Positions 32,351-40,471 of a DNA stretch of 64,000 nt are shown piece by piece (positions within the stretch are counted from its first letter, which is position 1; every line of letters begins with the position of its first letter). A program made the position numbers and the translations under genes. The DNA comes from Candidatus Nealsonbacteria bacterium (lineage in GTDB: Bacteria > Patescibacteriota > Minisyncoccia > Minisyncoccales > PWPS01), in NCBI GenBank assembly GCA_003551845.1, contig PUNQ01000064.1, positions 10,649 to 74,648 of the forward strand, written 5' to 3'. The notes below the pieces were generated by a model. That model saw only the letters and a program-made list of their open reading frames with translations. It was not told where the DNA came from and ran no database searches.

Positions 32351-32785
32351 ATGAAGATGGAAAAATCGGCGGGCTTCGTAATTTACATTCAAAAAGAAGA
32401 GCCGGTCTATTTGTTGCTCAAGTATCCGAACAGTAGCATGGAAAAAGATTATTGGGGTCTTCCCAAGGGGCATATTGAAAATGGTGAAAGTCCTACGGAT
32501 GCGGCTAAAAGAGAGCTTTTTGAAGAGACCGGACTAAAAGAGGAGGAGCTGACGGTTGATGATGATTTCAGGGAATCTATTAAATATTTTTTTAAACAAA
32601 AAGATGAGACAATTTTTAAAGTTGTTATCTATTTTTTAGCAAAAACAAAAAGAGAGTCGGTGAAACTCTCTGATGAACATGAGGATTATCGTTGGGTCGG
32701 CTTTGAAGAGGGGATCGATATGATTCCCTATAAAAATACTAAAGACGTCTTGAGAAAAGCGAACCGTTTTATCTTGAACCGCTAA
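32351..32785 (+). CDS. NUDIX hydrolase
   Basis: Nudix box GLPKGHIENGESPTDAAKRELFEETG. Confidence 0.8.
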   Translation: MKMEKSAGFVIYIQKEEPVYLLLKYPNSSMEKDYWGLPKGHIENGESPTDAAKRELFEETGLKEEELTVDDDFRESIKYFFKQKDETIFKVVIYFLAKTKRESVKLSDEHEDYRWVGFEEGIDMIPYKNTKDVLRKANRFILNR

Positions 32786-33123
32786 AGACTGTCAACTATT
32801 TCAGTGAAAGTTTCGGGCTCCTCTTTTGCCAGAAGGGCCAATATTTTTCTATCCAAGGCGATATTTTCTTTTTTTAAGTCGTGAATGAATTTGCTGTAAG
32901 TTGTTCCGTTTTGTCTGCAAGCCGCATTTATTTGAGTTTGCCATTTTTTTCTGAAATCTCTCTTCTTTCTTTTTCTGTCTCTGTATTTATAGGTCCAAGA
33001 TTTCATCAGCGCCTCTTTGGCCGCTTTGTATTTGTTTTTTCTTCCCCATTTGAATCCCTTGGTCTGTTTTTTTATCTTCTTCCTTCGCTTGTTTTTAGTT
33101 TTTCCTCTTTTTACTCTTGGCAT
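32782..33123 (-). CDS. rplT: 50S ribosomal protein L20
   Basis: MPRVKRGKTKNKRRKKI..GFKWGRKNKYKAAKEAL..SWTYKYRDRKRKKRDFRKKW. Confidence 0.95.
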   Translation of the reverse strand: MPRVKRGKTKNKRRKKIKKQTKGFKWGRKNKYKAAKEALMKSWTYKYRDRKRKKRDFRKKWQTQINAACRQNGTTYSKFIHDLKKENIALDRKILALLAKEEPETFTEIVDSL

Positions 33124-33162
33124 ACTTTCATTTTAAAATTTAAGATTTCAGAAATCCAAGCC

Positions 33163-33357
33163 TTAATACTTTAAGGCTTTTTTTATCTTTTTCGCTTCCG
33201 GGCCGGTTACTTCCACCCATTTTTTGGCTTTTCGTTTTTCTTCTCCGGACATCTTGGCTCTGTAATGGGTCTGACCGGTTTTTCTACGCAGCACTTTACC
33301 GTTTTTTGTTATCTTGAATCTTTTTTTAATTGATTTTCTGGTTTTGGGTTTGCTCAT
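33163..33357 (-). CDS. rpmI: 50S ribosomal protein L35
   Basis: MSKPKTRKSIKKRFKITKNGKVLRRKTGQTHY. Lies between infC and rplT. Confidence 0.9.
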   Translation of the reverse strand: MSKPKTRKSIKKRFKITKNGKVLRRKTGQTHYRAKMSGEEKRKAKKWVEVTGPEAKKIKKALKY

Positions 33358-33359
33358 AA

Positions 33360-33872
33360 TTAATCTTTGATTAAAGTCATAGTAAGTCCTCTGGGTTCTT
33401 TTTCTATATCTTTTTCCACCTCGGCATCCTCCATCTCCTTTACCATCTCCACGAATTTTTTCATCTTTTTTCTGGCCGTGTCTTGCAGGGCGTTTTCTCT
33501 TCCTCTTAGAGGCAAGACGATCCTGACACGATCTCCTCTGCTCAAGAACTTTTTAGCGCTTTTGGCTCTCACCTCCATGTCGTGATCGGATATTGAAAAG
33601 CTGAGCTTCAAGGTTTTCAGTTCCGGTTGATGAGATTTTTGAGATTTTTTTTGCTCTTTCTTTTGTTCTCTGTATTTGTATTTTCCGTGATCTATTATTT
33701 TACATACCGGCGGTTCCGCATTGGGTGATATCTCTACCAAATCCAAATCTCTCTTTTTTGCTTCTTCAAGAGCTTCTTTTTTGCTTAAAACTCCTATGTA
33801 ATCTCCGTCCGCGGTTACTACTCTGACTTTCTTCGCCCTTATTTGTTTGTTGACTTTTGCTTCGTTAGAAAT
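33360..33872 (-). CDS. infC: Translation initiation factor IF-3 (ATT start)
   Basis: The frame extends upstream of the ORF-track Met to ATT at 33872-33870: ISNEAKVNKQIRAKKVRVVTADGDYIGVLSKKEALEEAKKRDLDLVEISPNAEPPVCKIIDHGKYKY. An AUU start is the hallmark of infC. Confidence 0.85.
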   Translation of the reverse strand: MSNEAKVNKQIRAKKVRVVTADGDYIGVLSKKEALEEAKKRDLDLVEISPNAEPPVCKIIDHGKYKYREQKKEQKKSQKSHQPELKTLKLSFSISDHDMEVRAKSAKKFLSRGDRVRIVLPLRGRENALQDTARKKMKKFVEMVKEMEDAEVEKDIEKEPRGLTMTLIKD

Positions 33873-33898
33873 ATTTTTTTAATTAATTTTGAATATTG

Positions 33899-34250
33899 TG
33901 GAGATGGGGAGGTGTGACCCCCCGTCCGAAAATTTCCTCAAAATGAGTCTACAAGTTTAGTCCGGTTATTTCTCGGCCGGAGATTATATCCGGACGAAGC
34001 TTCTCCGACCAAAGGTCGGTTGGTTCATGACTCGTTTGACCAAAACGAGCCGGATATCCCGAAATTATGGTACCTTTACCACCCATCGGGAGTCAGTGGT
34101 AAAAGCAGGCACTCAAGCTGCCGCTAAAGCGGGAGAGAATGCCAGATCTTCTTGTAAGTTGGCACTTACTTGAATTTGATCATTTTTACGAGTTAATCAG
34201 CTCGACTTGCGTCATTTTAAGGATGATTTTCGTCTAATCGGATCATCCCC
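33899..34250 (-). ncRNA. ssrA: tmRNA (SsrA)
   Basis: 5' GGGGATGATCCGATTAGACG. 3' GGGGG-GTCACAC-CTCCC-CATCTCC-A. Acceptor GGGGATG/CATCTCC with G3:U70. Tag frame 34163..34113: GCC AAC TTA CAA GAA GAT CTG GCA TTC TCT CCC GCT TTA GCG GCA GCT TGA = ANLQEDLAFSPALAAA*. Adjacent to smpB. Confidence 0.85.
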
Positions 34251-34273
34251 GTTTTTTTATGTGCGACTTAATA

Positions 34274-34723
34274 TCAATAATTGTTCTTCATTCGGCGTCT
34301 CAGCTTTCTGTCTATCTCTCTGTCTTTTATCTTTTTGCGTTTGTCGTATTTTTTCTTGCCTCGACAAACACCAAACTCAAGCTTGATTAAGCCTTTTTTA
34401 GTATACACCCTTAAGGGTACTAAAGTCAAGCCCTTTTCACTTGTTTTTCCGGTCAGGTATTTAATCTGTTTTTTGGTTAAAAGAAGCTTTCTGTCTCTTT
34501 GCGGATCATAGTCTTCCGGTGCATTTTTGGGTTGATACGGGGGAACTTTAACACCTATCAGGAAAGCTTCCCCTTCTTTTATTCTGACATAAGATCCTTT
34601 CAATGAAATTTTTCCCTCTTTTATAGCTTTTACTTCTTGACCGGACAAAGCCAAACCCGCCTTGAATTTTTCCAAGATCTCATAATCGTGATAAGCTTTT
34701 TTGTTTTTTGTTAAAACGGGCAT
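34274..34723 (-). CDS. smpB: SsrA-binding protein SmpB
   Basis: NKKAYHDYEILEKFKAGLALSGQEVKAIKEGKISLKGSYV...KLLLTKKQI..LTLVPLRVY..G.IKLEFGVCRGKKKYDKR. Confidence 0.92.
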   Translation of the reverse strand: MPVLTKNKKAYHDYEILEKFKAGLALSGQEVKAIKEGKISLKGSYVRIKEGEAFLIGVKVPPYQPKNAPEDYDPQRDRKLLLTKKQIKYLTGKTSEKGLTLVPLRVYTKKGLIKLEFGVCRGKKKYDKRKKIKDREIDRKLRRRMKNNY

Positions 34724-34788
34724 ATGTTCATTTTACCAGAAAAAATATTAACAATAAACAGGCGAACTTACAAGCCCGCTGCCTCGGA

Positions 34789-34824
34789 CCCCCGTTTTTA
34801 CACCTACGAGGTGTAAAAAGGGGG
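34789..34824. repeat. Palindromic intergenic element, copy D
   Basis: cccccgtttttacacctacgaggtgtaaaaaggggg. Confidence 0.85.
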
Positions 34825-34914
34825 TTGGTGGTTTTATTTTTTTGGAATTTTATTTATAATTCGACAAAGGTCGTTTAAAATAGTAATACAAGTGAAGTAA
34901 AAAGATAAAATTTT

Positions 34915-35904
34915 ATGACTAAAAAGATAGGTCTTTTAACTTTTGTCTTTATTTTGACTTTTTCTTTAACCGGTTTGGTTTTGGGAATGGCTCCGGAACA
35001 TGCTCAAAGACCGCAAGGAGATGATTCCGATGTTGTTCGCCGAACCAGAGGAATTGATCAAGCCATGGAAAGAGTTAGGGAAAATTTAGAAAGAATAGAG
35101 GAAGAAACCGGCAGAAATGTCAGGGGTCTTGAGAGAGCTATTGAAAGGCTGATGTTGAGGAGGGGTGATTTTTGTTATCAAATAGAAGAAGATTTGGAGT
35201 ACGGGGATGAAGAGAATGATGTCGGGCGTCTGCAGTCGATGCTTAGAGAAGAAGGGTTTTATAGGGGTGAAATAGATGACCTCTATGGCTGGTCTACGGC
35301 CGAGGCTCTTTATAATTTTCAAAACGACAATGAGATAGAACTGGAAGGACTGGAGCGTTTCGGGTTTGTTCTCAGTGATCAGGCCAAAGACCTTCTGAAT
35401 GAAAGATTTGAATGTGATCCGGAAGATGAAGAAGAGGAAAATGATATTGACCGGTTGGAGCTTTTGATAAGTTCTACCGATGGAGGAACTACGGACCCGG
35501 ACCCGGAAACTTATCAGTACGAAGAGGGAGAAGAGGTAACGGTTGAAGCTATTCCCGATGAAGGCTATGAATTTGAAGGATGGGAAAAAAGGGGTAGTGC
35601 AACCGAGTGTGATAGTGAAGATAAAAAATGTGTTTTTGAAATTAAGGAAGACTCTACCCTCGCCGCTCATTTTGTAGCGGTTGAAGAAGATGTCGTTTAC
35701 AGCTGCGAAGAAGATGCGGACTGTCAGTGGGTATCAACCAATTGTTGTCCGGAGACCGCAGGAGCCAATTGGGAGTGTGTAAACGAGGCGGAGACCGAAT
35801 TGGATTGCCCGGAAAATCCGATTTGCCTTGATGTGCAGAGCCCAAAACCGACTTCTTCTTGTGAGTGTGCTGACGGAGAGTGTCGTGAAGAAGATGGTCA
35901 GTAG
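34915..35904 (+). CDS. Secreted protein: peptidoglycan-binding-like domain + InlB-B-repeat-like domain + Cys-rich C-terminus
   Basis: Signal. GDENDVGRLQSMLREEGFYRGEIDDLYGWSTAEALYNFQ (PG_binding_1-like). YEEGEEVTVEAIPDEGYEFEGWE (bacterial repeat domain). Ten Cys in the last 80 aa. Confidence 0.5.
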   Translation: MTKKIGLLTFVFILTFSLTGLVLGMAPEHAQRPQGDDSDVVRRTRGIDQAMERVRENLERIEEETGRNVRGLERAIERLMLRRGDFCYQIEEDLEYGDEENDVGRLQSMLREEGFYRGEIDDLYGWSTAEALYNFQNDNEIELEGLERFGFVLSDQAKDLLNERFECDPEDEEEENDIDRLELLISSTDGGTTDPDPETYQYEEGEEVTVEAIPDEGYEFEGWEKRGSATECDSEDKKCVFEIKEDSTLAAHFVAVEEDVVYSCEEDADCQWVSTNCCPETAGANWECVNEAETELDCPENPICLDVQSPKPTSSCECADGECREEDGQ

Positions 35905-35924
35905 TGTAAACTGAAGAGTAGTTT

Positions 35925-35954
35925 AAAACGCCCCGTTTTTTGATGGGGCGTTTT
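35925..35954 (+). terminator. Intrinsic terminator after 34915..35904
   Basis: AAAACGCCCC-gttttttgat-GGGGCGTTTT. Confidence 0.55.
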
Positions 35955-35987
35955 ATAATTTACATGCTTGGAGATGGGTAATGTAAA

Positions 35988-36020
35988 TTTTTACACCTAC
36001 GAGGTGTAAAAATGGGGGGG
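35988..36020. repeat. Palindromic intergenic element, copy E (no 5' C-run)
   Basis: tttttacacctacgaggtgtaaaaatggggggg. Confidence 0.8.
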
Positions 36021-36099
36021 CTTTTTTTACGAGGGGGGGATTTATGATATACTTTTTCAATACTCATAAAAGCGTCTATTTTTATAATTAACATTAAAT

Positions 36100-37200
36100 A
36101 TGAATAAAAAAGGTTTTACTTTAATTGAGTTACTAATAGTAATCGGCATTATCGCCATCCTGGCATCAGCCGTAATAGTGGCCATAGACCCGGCCCAACA
36201 ATTTGCCGCGGCAAGGGATGCCACCAGAAGCAATCACATAAACTCACTACACAATTCACTCATCTCCTATCAAGTGGCAAACCAAGGAACCTGGGGAGAC
36301 ATAAGCCTACCCCAAGAACTTACTGAAATATGCAACACCAACCTTGAGTCTCCTGATTGCACCGGTTTAGTTGATCTCTCCGATTTGGTTGACAGCGGTC
36401 ATATGAACCAAATCCCCGTAGACCCACAAGCGGAAGGGGACGGCACGGGATATCTCATATCCCGAAGCAGTGTAATCCTGGTAGCCGAAAACGCGGAAAC
36501 CCGTTTCATAGCGGTTGGAATTACCGAATCAGAATATGCGGAAAACGGAAATGGTGAAGAAAACGGAAATGGTGAAGATTTAGCACTTTTTTGTGAAGAT
36601 CCGGAAAATCAACCCGACGGAGGTGAGCATGATGGAATTCACGACATAGGAGAAAATGATGACAGAATTTATTGTGATAATGATGGCAAGATGTGGTCTC
36701 CGACTCTCTCCGGCATGGGTGATGCCAGCGACAACGGAGCTGTAACTCTTGAGTGGGGCTGTTATGAAAATGAAATTAATGCGGATGAGGACTCGGACGG
36801 AGCAAGCAATACCGATACTATTTTAACAGAAGATTGTAAAACTGATGACGACCCACCAACGGATGAAATTGCCGCAAAAGCTTGTAATCAACTCGAATGG
36901 GCCGGAAGTGAGCAAGGGGATTGGTATTTGCCCGCCAAGTTGGAAATAGAAGCCTTGGTTCAAAGCGCTGAAAGTGACGGCGACGGTGAATGCCCCGACG
37001 ATTGGACGTGGGAAGAAGGTAGTGATCACGAGGATTTTGATAATTGTGAGCCTGAATATGATTATAACGCCCAGTCTGCTGCCTACTGGTCGTCTACTGA
37101 GAGTAGCTCGACCCACGCCCACAGACTCTTCTTCAGCCTTGGCAGCACGCACACGACCACCAAGTTCAACAGCTACCGGGTGCGGTGCGTCCGCAGGTGA
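36100..37200 (+). CDS. Type IV pilin-like protein (prepilin N-terminal methylation motif) with C-terminal DUF1566/Lcl-type domain
   Basis: MNKKGFTLIELLIVIGIIAILASAVIVAI is the class III signal. Acidic middle region (NGNGEENGNGED). C-terminus AAYWSSTESSSTHAHRLFFSLGSTHTTTKFNSYRVRCVRR. Confidence 0.7.
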   Translation: MNKKGFTLIELLIVIGIIAILASAVIVAIDPAQQFAAARDATRSNHINSLHNSLISYQVANQGTWGDISLPQELTEICNTNLESPDCTGLVDLSDLVDSGHMNQIPVDPQAEGDGTGYLISRSSVILVAENAETRFIAVGITESEYAENGNGEENGNGEDLALFCEDPENQPDGGEHDGIHDIGENDDRIYCDNDGKMWSPTLSGMGDASDNGAVTLEWGCYENEINADEDSDGASNTDTILTEDCKTDDDPPTDEIAAKACNQLEWAGSEQGDWYLPAKLEIEALVQSAESDGDGECPDDWTWEEGSDHEDFDNCEPEYDYNAQSAAYWSSTESSSTHAHRLFFSLGSTHTTTKFNSYRVRCVRR

Positions 37201-37322
37201 TTATCAAGGTATTGGTTTTTTGATTTTTGACCCTTGGGCTTGGTATATGATGTTGCCGCAAGTTTAATTCCAATTAAAAAAGCATAAAGAAACCCTATTT
37301 TGCCACTTTGAGACCGTAGGTC

Positions 37323-37387
37323 GAAGAATCCCTTCGAATGCTGCCATGCGGACAATTAAAGAGATCCTTCACCATGTTCAGGATGGA
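37323..37387. repeat. ~65-nt repeat module, copy 1 (GAAGAATC..AAAGAGATCCTTC..TCAGGATG)
   Basis: gaagaatcccttcgaatgctgccatgcggacaattaaagagatccttcaccatgttcaggatgga aligns with 37911..37971. Confidence 0.6.
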
Positions 37388-37657
37388 AGAGCGAATAAAG
37401 AGAAAATAAATGATATAGATGAATAGAGTAAATTCTTAAAAATCCGATTAGAACGGCGCCGGGCAAGGTCGACCCGCCGCCGGCCGCCCGATTTTTTGAG
37501 CCTTGCCCGTGGAGTCGGGGAAGGTTCAAAAAGAGAGCAATTAATTGTGCTCGATATCCTCTTTTGAGAGACCACACCTCGAATCACCCAGCGGTGATTC
37601 GGGCCTTACGCTCTCGGAATTTCATTTCCGACAAAGTCGAAAAACCATGCTGAAATT

Positions 37658-37798
37658 CCTGCGAGAGCCCTCTCAAAGAGGGTATCTTCGCTTATGAAAA
37701 GGAAAGCTCGTGCCGAACCGCCTCCGAGAGCTCTTCAAAGAGGGTATCTTTGCTTCCAAGGTAGAGCGAGAGCTTCTTTGAAAAGAGCATCTTCATTT
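37658..37798. repeat. Three degenerate direct repeats (~35 nt), each with an internal short hairpin
   Basis: cctgcgagagccctctcaaagagggtatcttcgctt (37658). cctccgagagctcttcaaagagggtatctttgctt (37721). agagcgagagcttctttgaaaagagcatcttcattt (37763). Copy starts 63 and 42 nt apart. Confidence 0.6.
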
Positions 37799-37864
37799 AA
37801 GGCTAAAAAATGAAAATCATAAACAACCTGCCTCGCGGCGATTTTTTTGTTTGTAAAAACAATA

Positions 37865-38034
37865 GTCATTCTGAGCAAGCGTGGCGCAGTGCCTGCCTGC
37901 CGGCAGGCAGGAAGAATCTCTTGGAAAGACGGCGGAACAAAGAGATCCTTCGGCTGGCGCCTCAGGATGACGGGGGAAGAGGAGACGCTTCGCTCCGCTC
38001 AGGATGACGAGCGGGGTGGGTTCAGGATGACGAG
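37865..38034 (+). other. GC-rich nested inverted-repeat block (candidate structured RNA or REP-like cluster)
   Basis: GTCATTCTGAG (37865) pairs with CTCAGGATGAC (37961). These enclose the perfect palindrome CCTGCCTGCCGGCAGGCAGG (37892-37911) and AAGAATCTCTT/AAGAGATCCTT. Two more TCAGGATGACGAG copies lie at 37998 and 38022. CCGCTC/GAGCGG hairpin. Confidence 0.4.
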
Positions 38035-38093
38035 TAGGAAGGCCGCCAGTCGGCGGGTTTTGTTTAAAGATTTCCAATTACGGATTACCGATT

Positions 38094-38125
38094 AAATCCA
38101 CTTTTAGTGGATTTTCTCGTTTTTA
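38094..38125 (+). terminator. Intrinsic terminator closing the noncoding block
   Basis: AAATCCACT-ttt-AGTGGATTT followed by tctcgttttt. Confidence 0.6.
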
Positions 38126-38147
38126 ACATTCAAATTATCTTATTTTG

Positions 38148-38156
38148 TGTTATAAT
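38148..38156 (+). promoter_or_regulatory. Extended -10 promoter (TGtTATAAT) for argS
   Basis: tgttataat ends 6 nt before ATG 38163. Confidence 0.45.
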
Positions 38157-38162
38157 GGACGC

Positions 38163-39839
38163 ATGATAAAAAGAGAAATTAAAGAAAAAATAAAAGATTC
38201 TTTGGAGCGGATTTATGACATATCCGTAAGTCTTGAAGATTTGGATTTGGAGATACCTGCGGATAAAAGTCACGGAGATTATTCCGCCAATATCTGTTTT
38301 AGGCTGGCCGGGGAAGTGGGAAAATCCCCGAAGGAAATCGCCTCGGAAGTTGCCAAGGACATTAAAAATGATCTTTTTATTTGTGAAAGCAAAAACGGTT
38401 TTTTGAATTTCCGTCTTACCGACTCGGCTCTTGAAAAAATGGTTAAAAAGGTCTTGAAATTCGAAACCGAAAAAAGGGAAAAAACGATGGTTTTGGATTA
38501 CTCTTCCCCCAACATCGCCAAGTCGTTCGGTATCGGCCATCTTCGCTCTACCATAGTAGGACAAGCTATCTATAACATATATGAATATTCCGGATGGAAT
38601 TGCGTGGGAATAAATCACTTGGGAGATTGGGGAACCCAATACGGAAAACTTTTATATCAAATAAAAGAAAAAGATTTGAATCCCAAAGAGCTTTCGGTCA
38701 AAGATTTGGAAAAGCTTTACGTTGACTTTCATAAAAGGGCGGAAAAAAATCCGGAGATGGAAGAGGAGGGAAAGCGGTGGTTCAAAAAACTTGAAGACGG
38801 GGATCCGGAAGCTACCCAAATTTGGGAGATTTGCGTGGAAAAAAGTATGCGGGAGTTTGAAAAGATATACGATCTTTTAAATGTTGAAATCGATCATCAT
38901 ATCGGGGAAAGTTTTTATCAGGACAAGATGGAGGCGGTAATTGAGGAGGCCAAAGAAAAAGGAGTGGCCAAAGAGTCGAAAGGAGCCCTGATTGTTGATT
39001 TTGGAGACGAGATTCCGCCGGCGATGCTTTTAAAATCGGACGGCGGAACCACTTATTTTACCCGGGATTTGGCTACCGTAAAGTACAGAGTTGATCGCTG
39101 GGATCCGGAGCTTTTCATATATGAAATAGGCGCCGATCAGAAGCTACATATGAGACAGCTTTTTAAAACCGTAGAGATGCTGGGCTGGAAAAGTGAAAGC
39201 GACTTCATGCACGTCGCCCACGGAATGTATCGATTGAAGGACGGGGCGATGTCGACCAGAAAGGGGAAAACAATTCATTTGGAAGATGTTTTAAATGAAG
39301 CCATGAAGAGAGCCGAAAAAATAATAGATGAGTCGGAGACGACCGGTGAAATTACCGAAAAAGAGAAAAAAAAGATTGCCGAGAAGGTGGGAGTCGGAGC
39401 GGTCAAATACGCCGATCTTAAAAAACACTATAAAAAAGATATAGTCTTTGACTGGGAAAAAGCTTTTTCTTTGAAGGGGAACTCCGGCCCTTATTTACAA
39501 TACACTGCCTTGAGAGCGAAAAGCGTTTTGGATAAGCACGATGAAAAGTTTAAATTGGAAATTAATAAACTCTCCGACCCGGAAAAAGCGGTATTGAAAG
39601 AGATTATTCTGTTTGATGAGGTTATGGAGACGGCGGAGAAAAATTTTACACCTTCGAGCATTGCCAATTTCAGTTATCGGGTGGCGAAAAAATTCAACGC
39701 CTTTTACGCCGAAAAACCGATATTGGAGGCGGGTACGGAAGAAGAAAAGATACAACGATTATCGATTACGAAAGCCGGCTTTGAAGTTCTGAAAAAATCT
39801 TTATCCATTTTAGGGATTGATTTGCCGGAAAGAATGTAA
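38163..39839 (+). CDS. argS: Arginyl-tRNA synthetase
   Basis: SSPNIAKSFGIGHLRST (HIGH region). DWGTQYG. GAMSTRKG (KMSK-like). C-terminal anticodon-binding domain. ATG 38163 preferred because 38145 lies upstream of the -10. Confidence 0.9.
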   Translation: MIKREIKEKIKDSLERIYDISVSLEDLDLEIPADKSHGDYSANICFRLAGEVGKSPKEIASEVAKDIKNDLFICESKNGFLNFRLTDSALEKMVKKVLKFETEKREKTMVLDYSSPNIAKSFGIGHLRSTIVGQAIYNIYEYSGWNCVGINHLGDWGTQYGKLLYQIKEKDLNPKELSVKDLEKLYVDFHKRAEKNPEMEEEGKRWFKKLEDGDPEATQIWEICVEKSMREFEKIYDLLNVEIDHHIGESFYQDKMEAVIEEAKEKGVAKESKGALIVDFGDEIPPAMLLKSDGGTTYFTRDLATVKYRVDRWDPELFIYEIGADQKLHMRQLFKTVEMLGWKSESDFMHVAHGMYRLKDGAMSTRKGKTIHLEDVLNEAMKRAEKIIDESETTGEITEKEKKKIAEKVGVGAVKYADLKKHYKKDIVFDWEKAFSLKGNSGPYLQYTALRAKSVLDKHDEKFKLEINKLSDPEKAVLKEIILFDEVMETAEKNFTPSSIANFSYRVAKKFNAFYAEKPILEAGTEEEKIQRLSITKAGFEVLKKSLSILGIDLPERM

Positions 39840-39846
39840 ATCTTTT

Positions 39847-40425
39847 ATGAATCTAAAAAATAGCTATTACATCTTACGACACGGTGATACCGAATACCAG
39901 TCGGAAAAAACCGAGGAGATTTATCCTCGGGATTGCACCGATAAGATTCCGTTGTCCGAAAAAGGAAGAAAAAAGGTTTTAAAGACGGCGGAAAAGATTA
40001 AGGCTTTGGGAATTGATAAAATATATTCATCCGATTTTTTAAGAACAAAACAGACGGCCGAGTTGGTAAAATCAAAGCTGAGAAACGTAGAAATAGTTTT
40101 TGACGAAATGCTTAGAGATATGGATTTGGGTGTCTGGCATGAAGAAAAAAAGAAAGATTTTTATGATAAATTTCCGATAAAAAAAGAGAGATATGATAAG
40201 AGACCGGAAGAAGGTGAGAGCTGGCGGGAGGTTGAAGAGAGAATGAAAAAAGTTTTGGTCAACATTGAAAAAGAAGAGAACGGAACGATTTTGATTGTCA
40301 GTCACGGAGATCCGTTATGGATTTTGGAAGGATGTGTCAAGGGAATAAGTAAAGAGAAGCTGATGGATATAAAAAGAGAAAAAAAGAAATTTATAAAACC
40401 CGCCGAGCTCAGAAGATTAAATTAA
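39847..40425 (+). CDS. Histidine phosphatase family protein (phosphoglycerate-mutase-like)
   Basis: YYILRHGDTEY (RHG motif). SSDFLRTKQTA. LIVSHGDPL. Confidence 0.7.
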   Translation: MNLKNSYYILRHGDTEYQSEKTEEIYPRDCTDKIPLSEKGRKKVLKTAEKIKALGIDKIYSSDFLRTKQTAELVKSKLRNVEIVFDEMLRDMDLGVWHEEKKKDFYDKFPIKKERYDKRPEEGESWREVEERMKKVLVNIEKEENGTILIVSHGDPLWILEGCVKGISKEKLMDIKREKKKFIKPAELRRLN

Positions 40426-40471
40426 AGGTTAAAAATTTAAAAATATTAAGAAATTAACCCGTTAAAATAGT

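Noticed and set aside
37658-37798. Possible miniature CRISPR array (three ~35-nt direct repeats).
   Set aside because: The repeats are degenerate (the third copy is much diverged), spacing is irregular (63 and 42 nt between copy starts), there are only three units and there are no cas genes in the window.
37356-38095. Small ORFs inside the noncoding block: 37356..37577(-), 37378..37587(-), 37810..38007(+), 37817..38077(-), 37847..38095(+).
   Set aside because: They overlap one another on both strands, are built from inverted repeats (hence the mirror-image LRSAQDD-type peptides), lack SD sequences and have Arg/Gly/Ala-rich composition unlike the rest of the proteome.
37300-38130. RNase P RNA, SRP (4.5S) RNA, 6S RNA, or a T-box leader for argS.
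   Set aside because: I found no GAGGAAAGUCC / ACAGAA P4 signatures, no SRP GGAA/AGCA domain-IV motif and no T-box (AA..GGGUGGUACCGCG) sequence. The terminator also lies upstream of the argS promoter rather than between promoter and gene. The block is left as an unclassified candidate.
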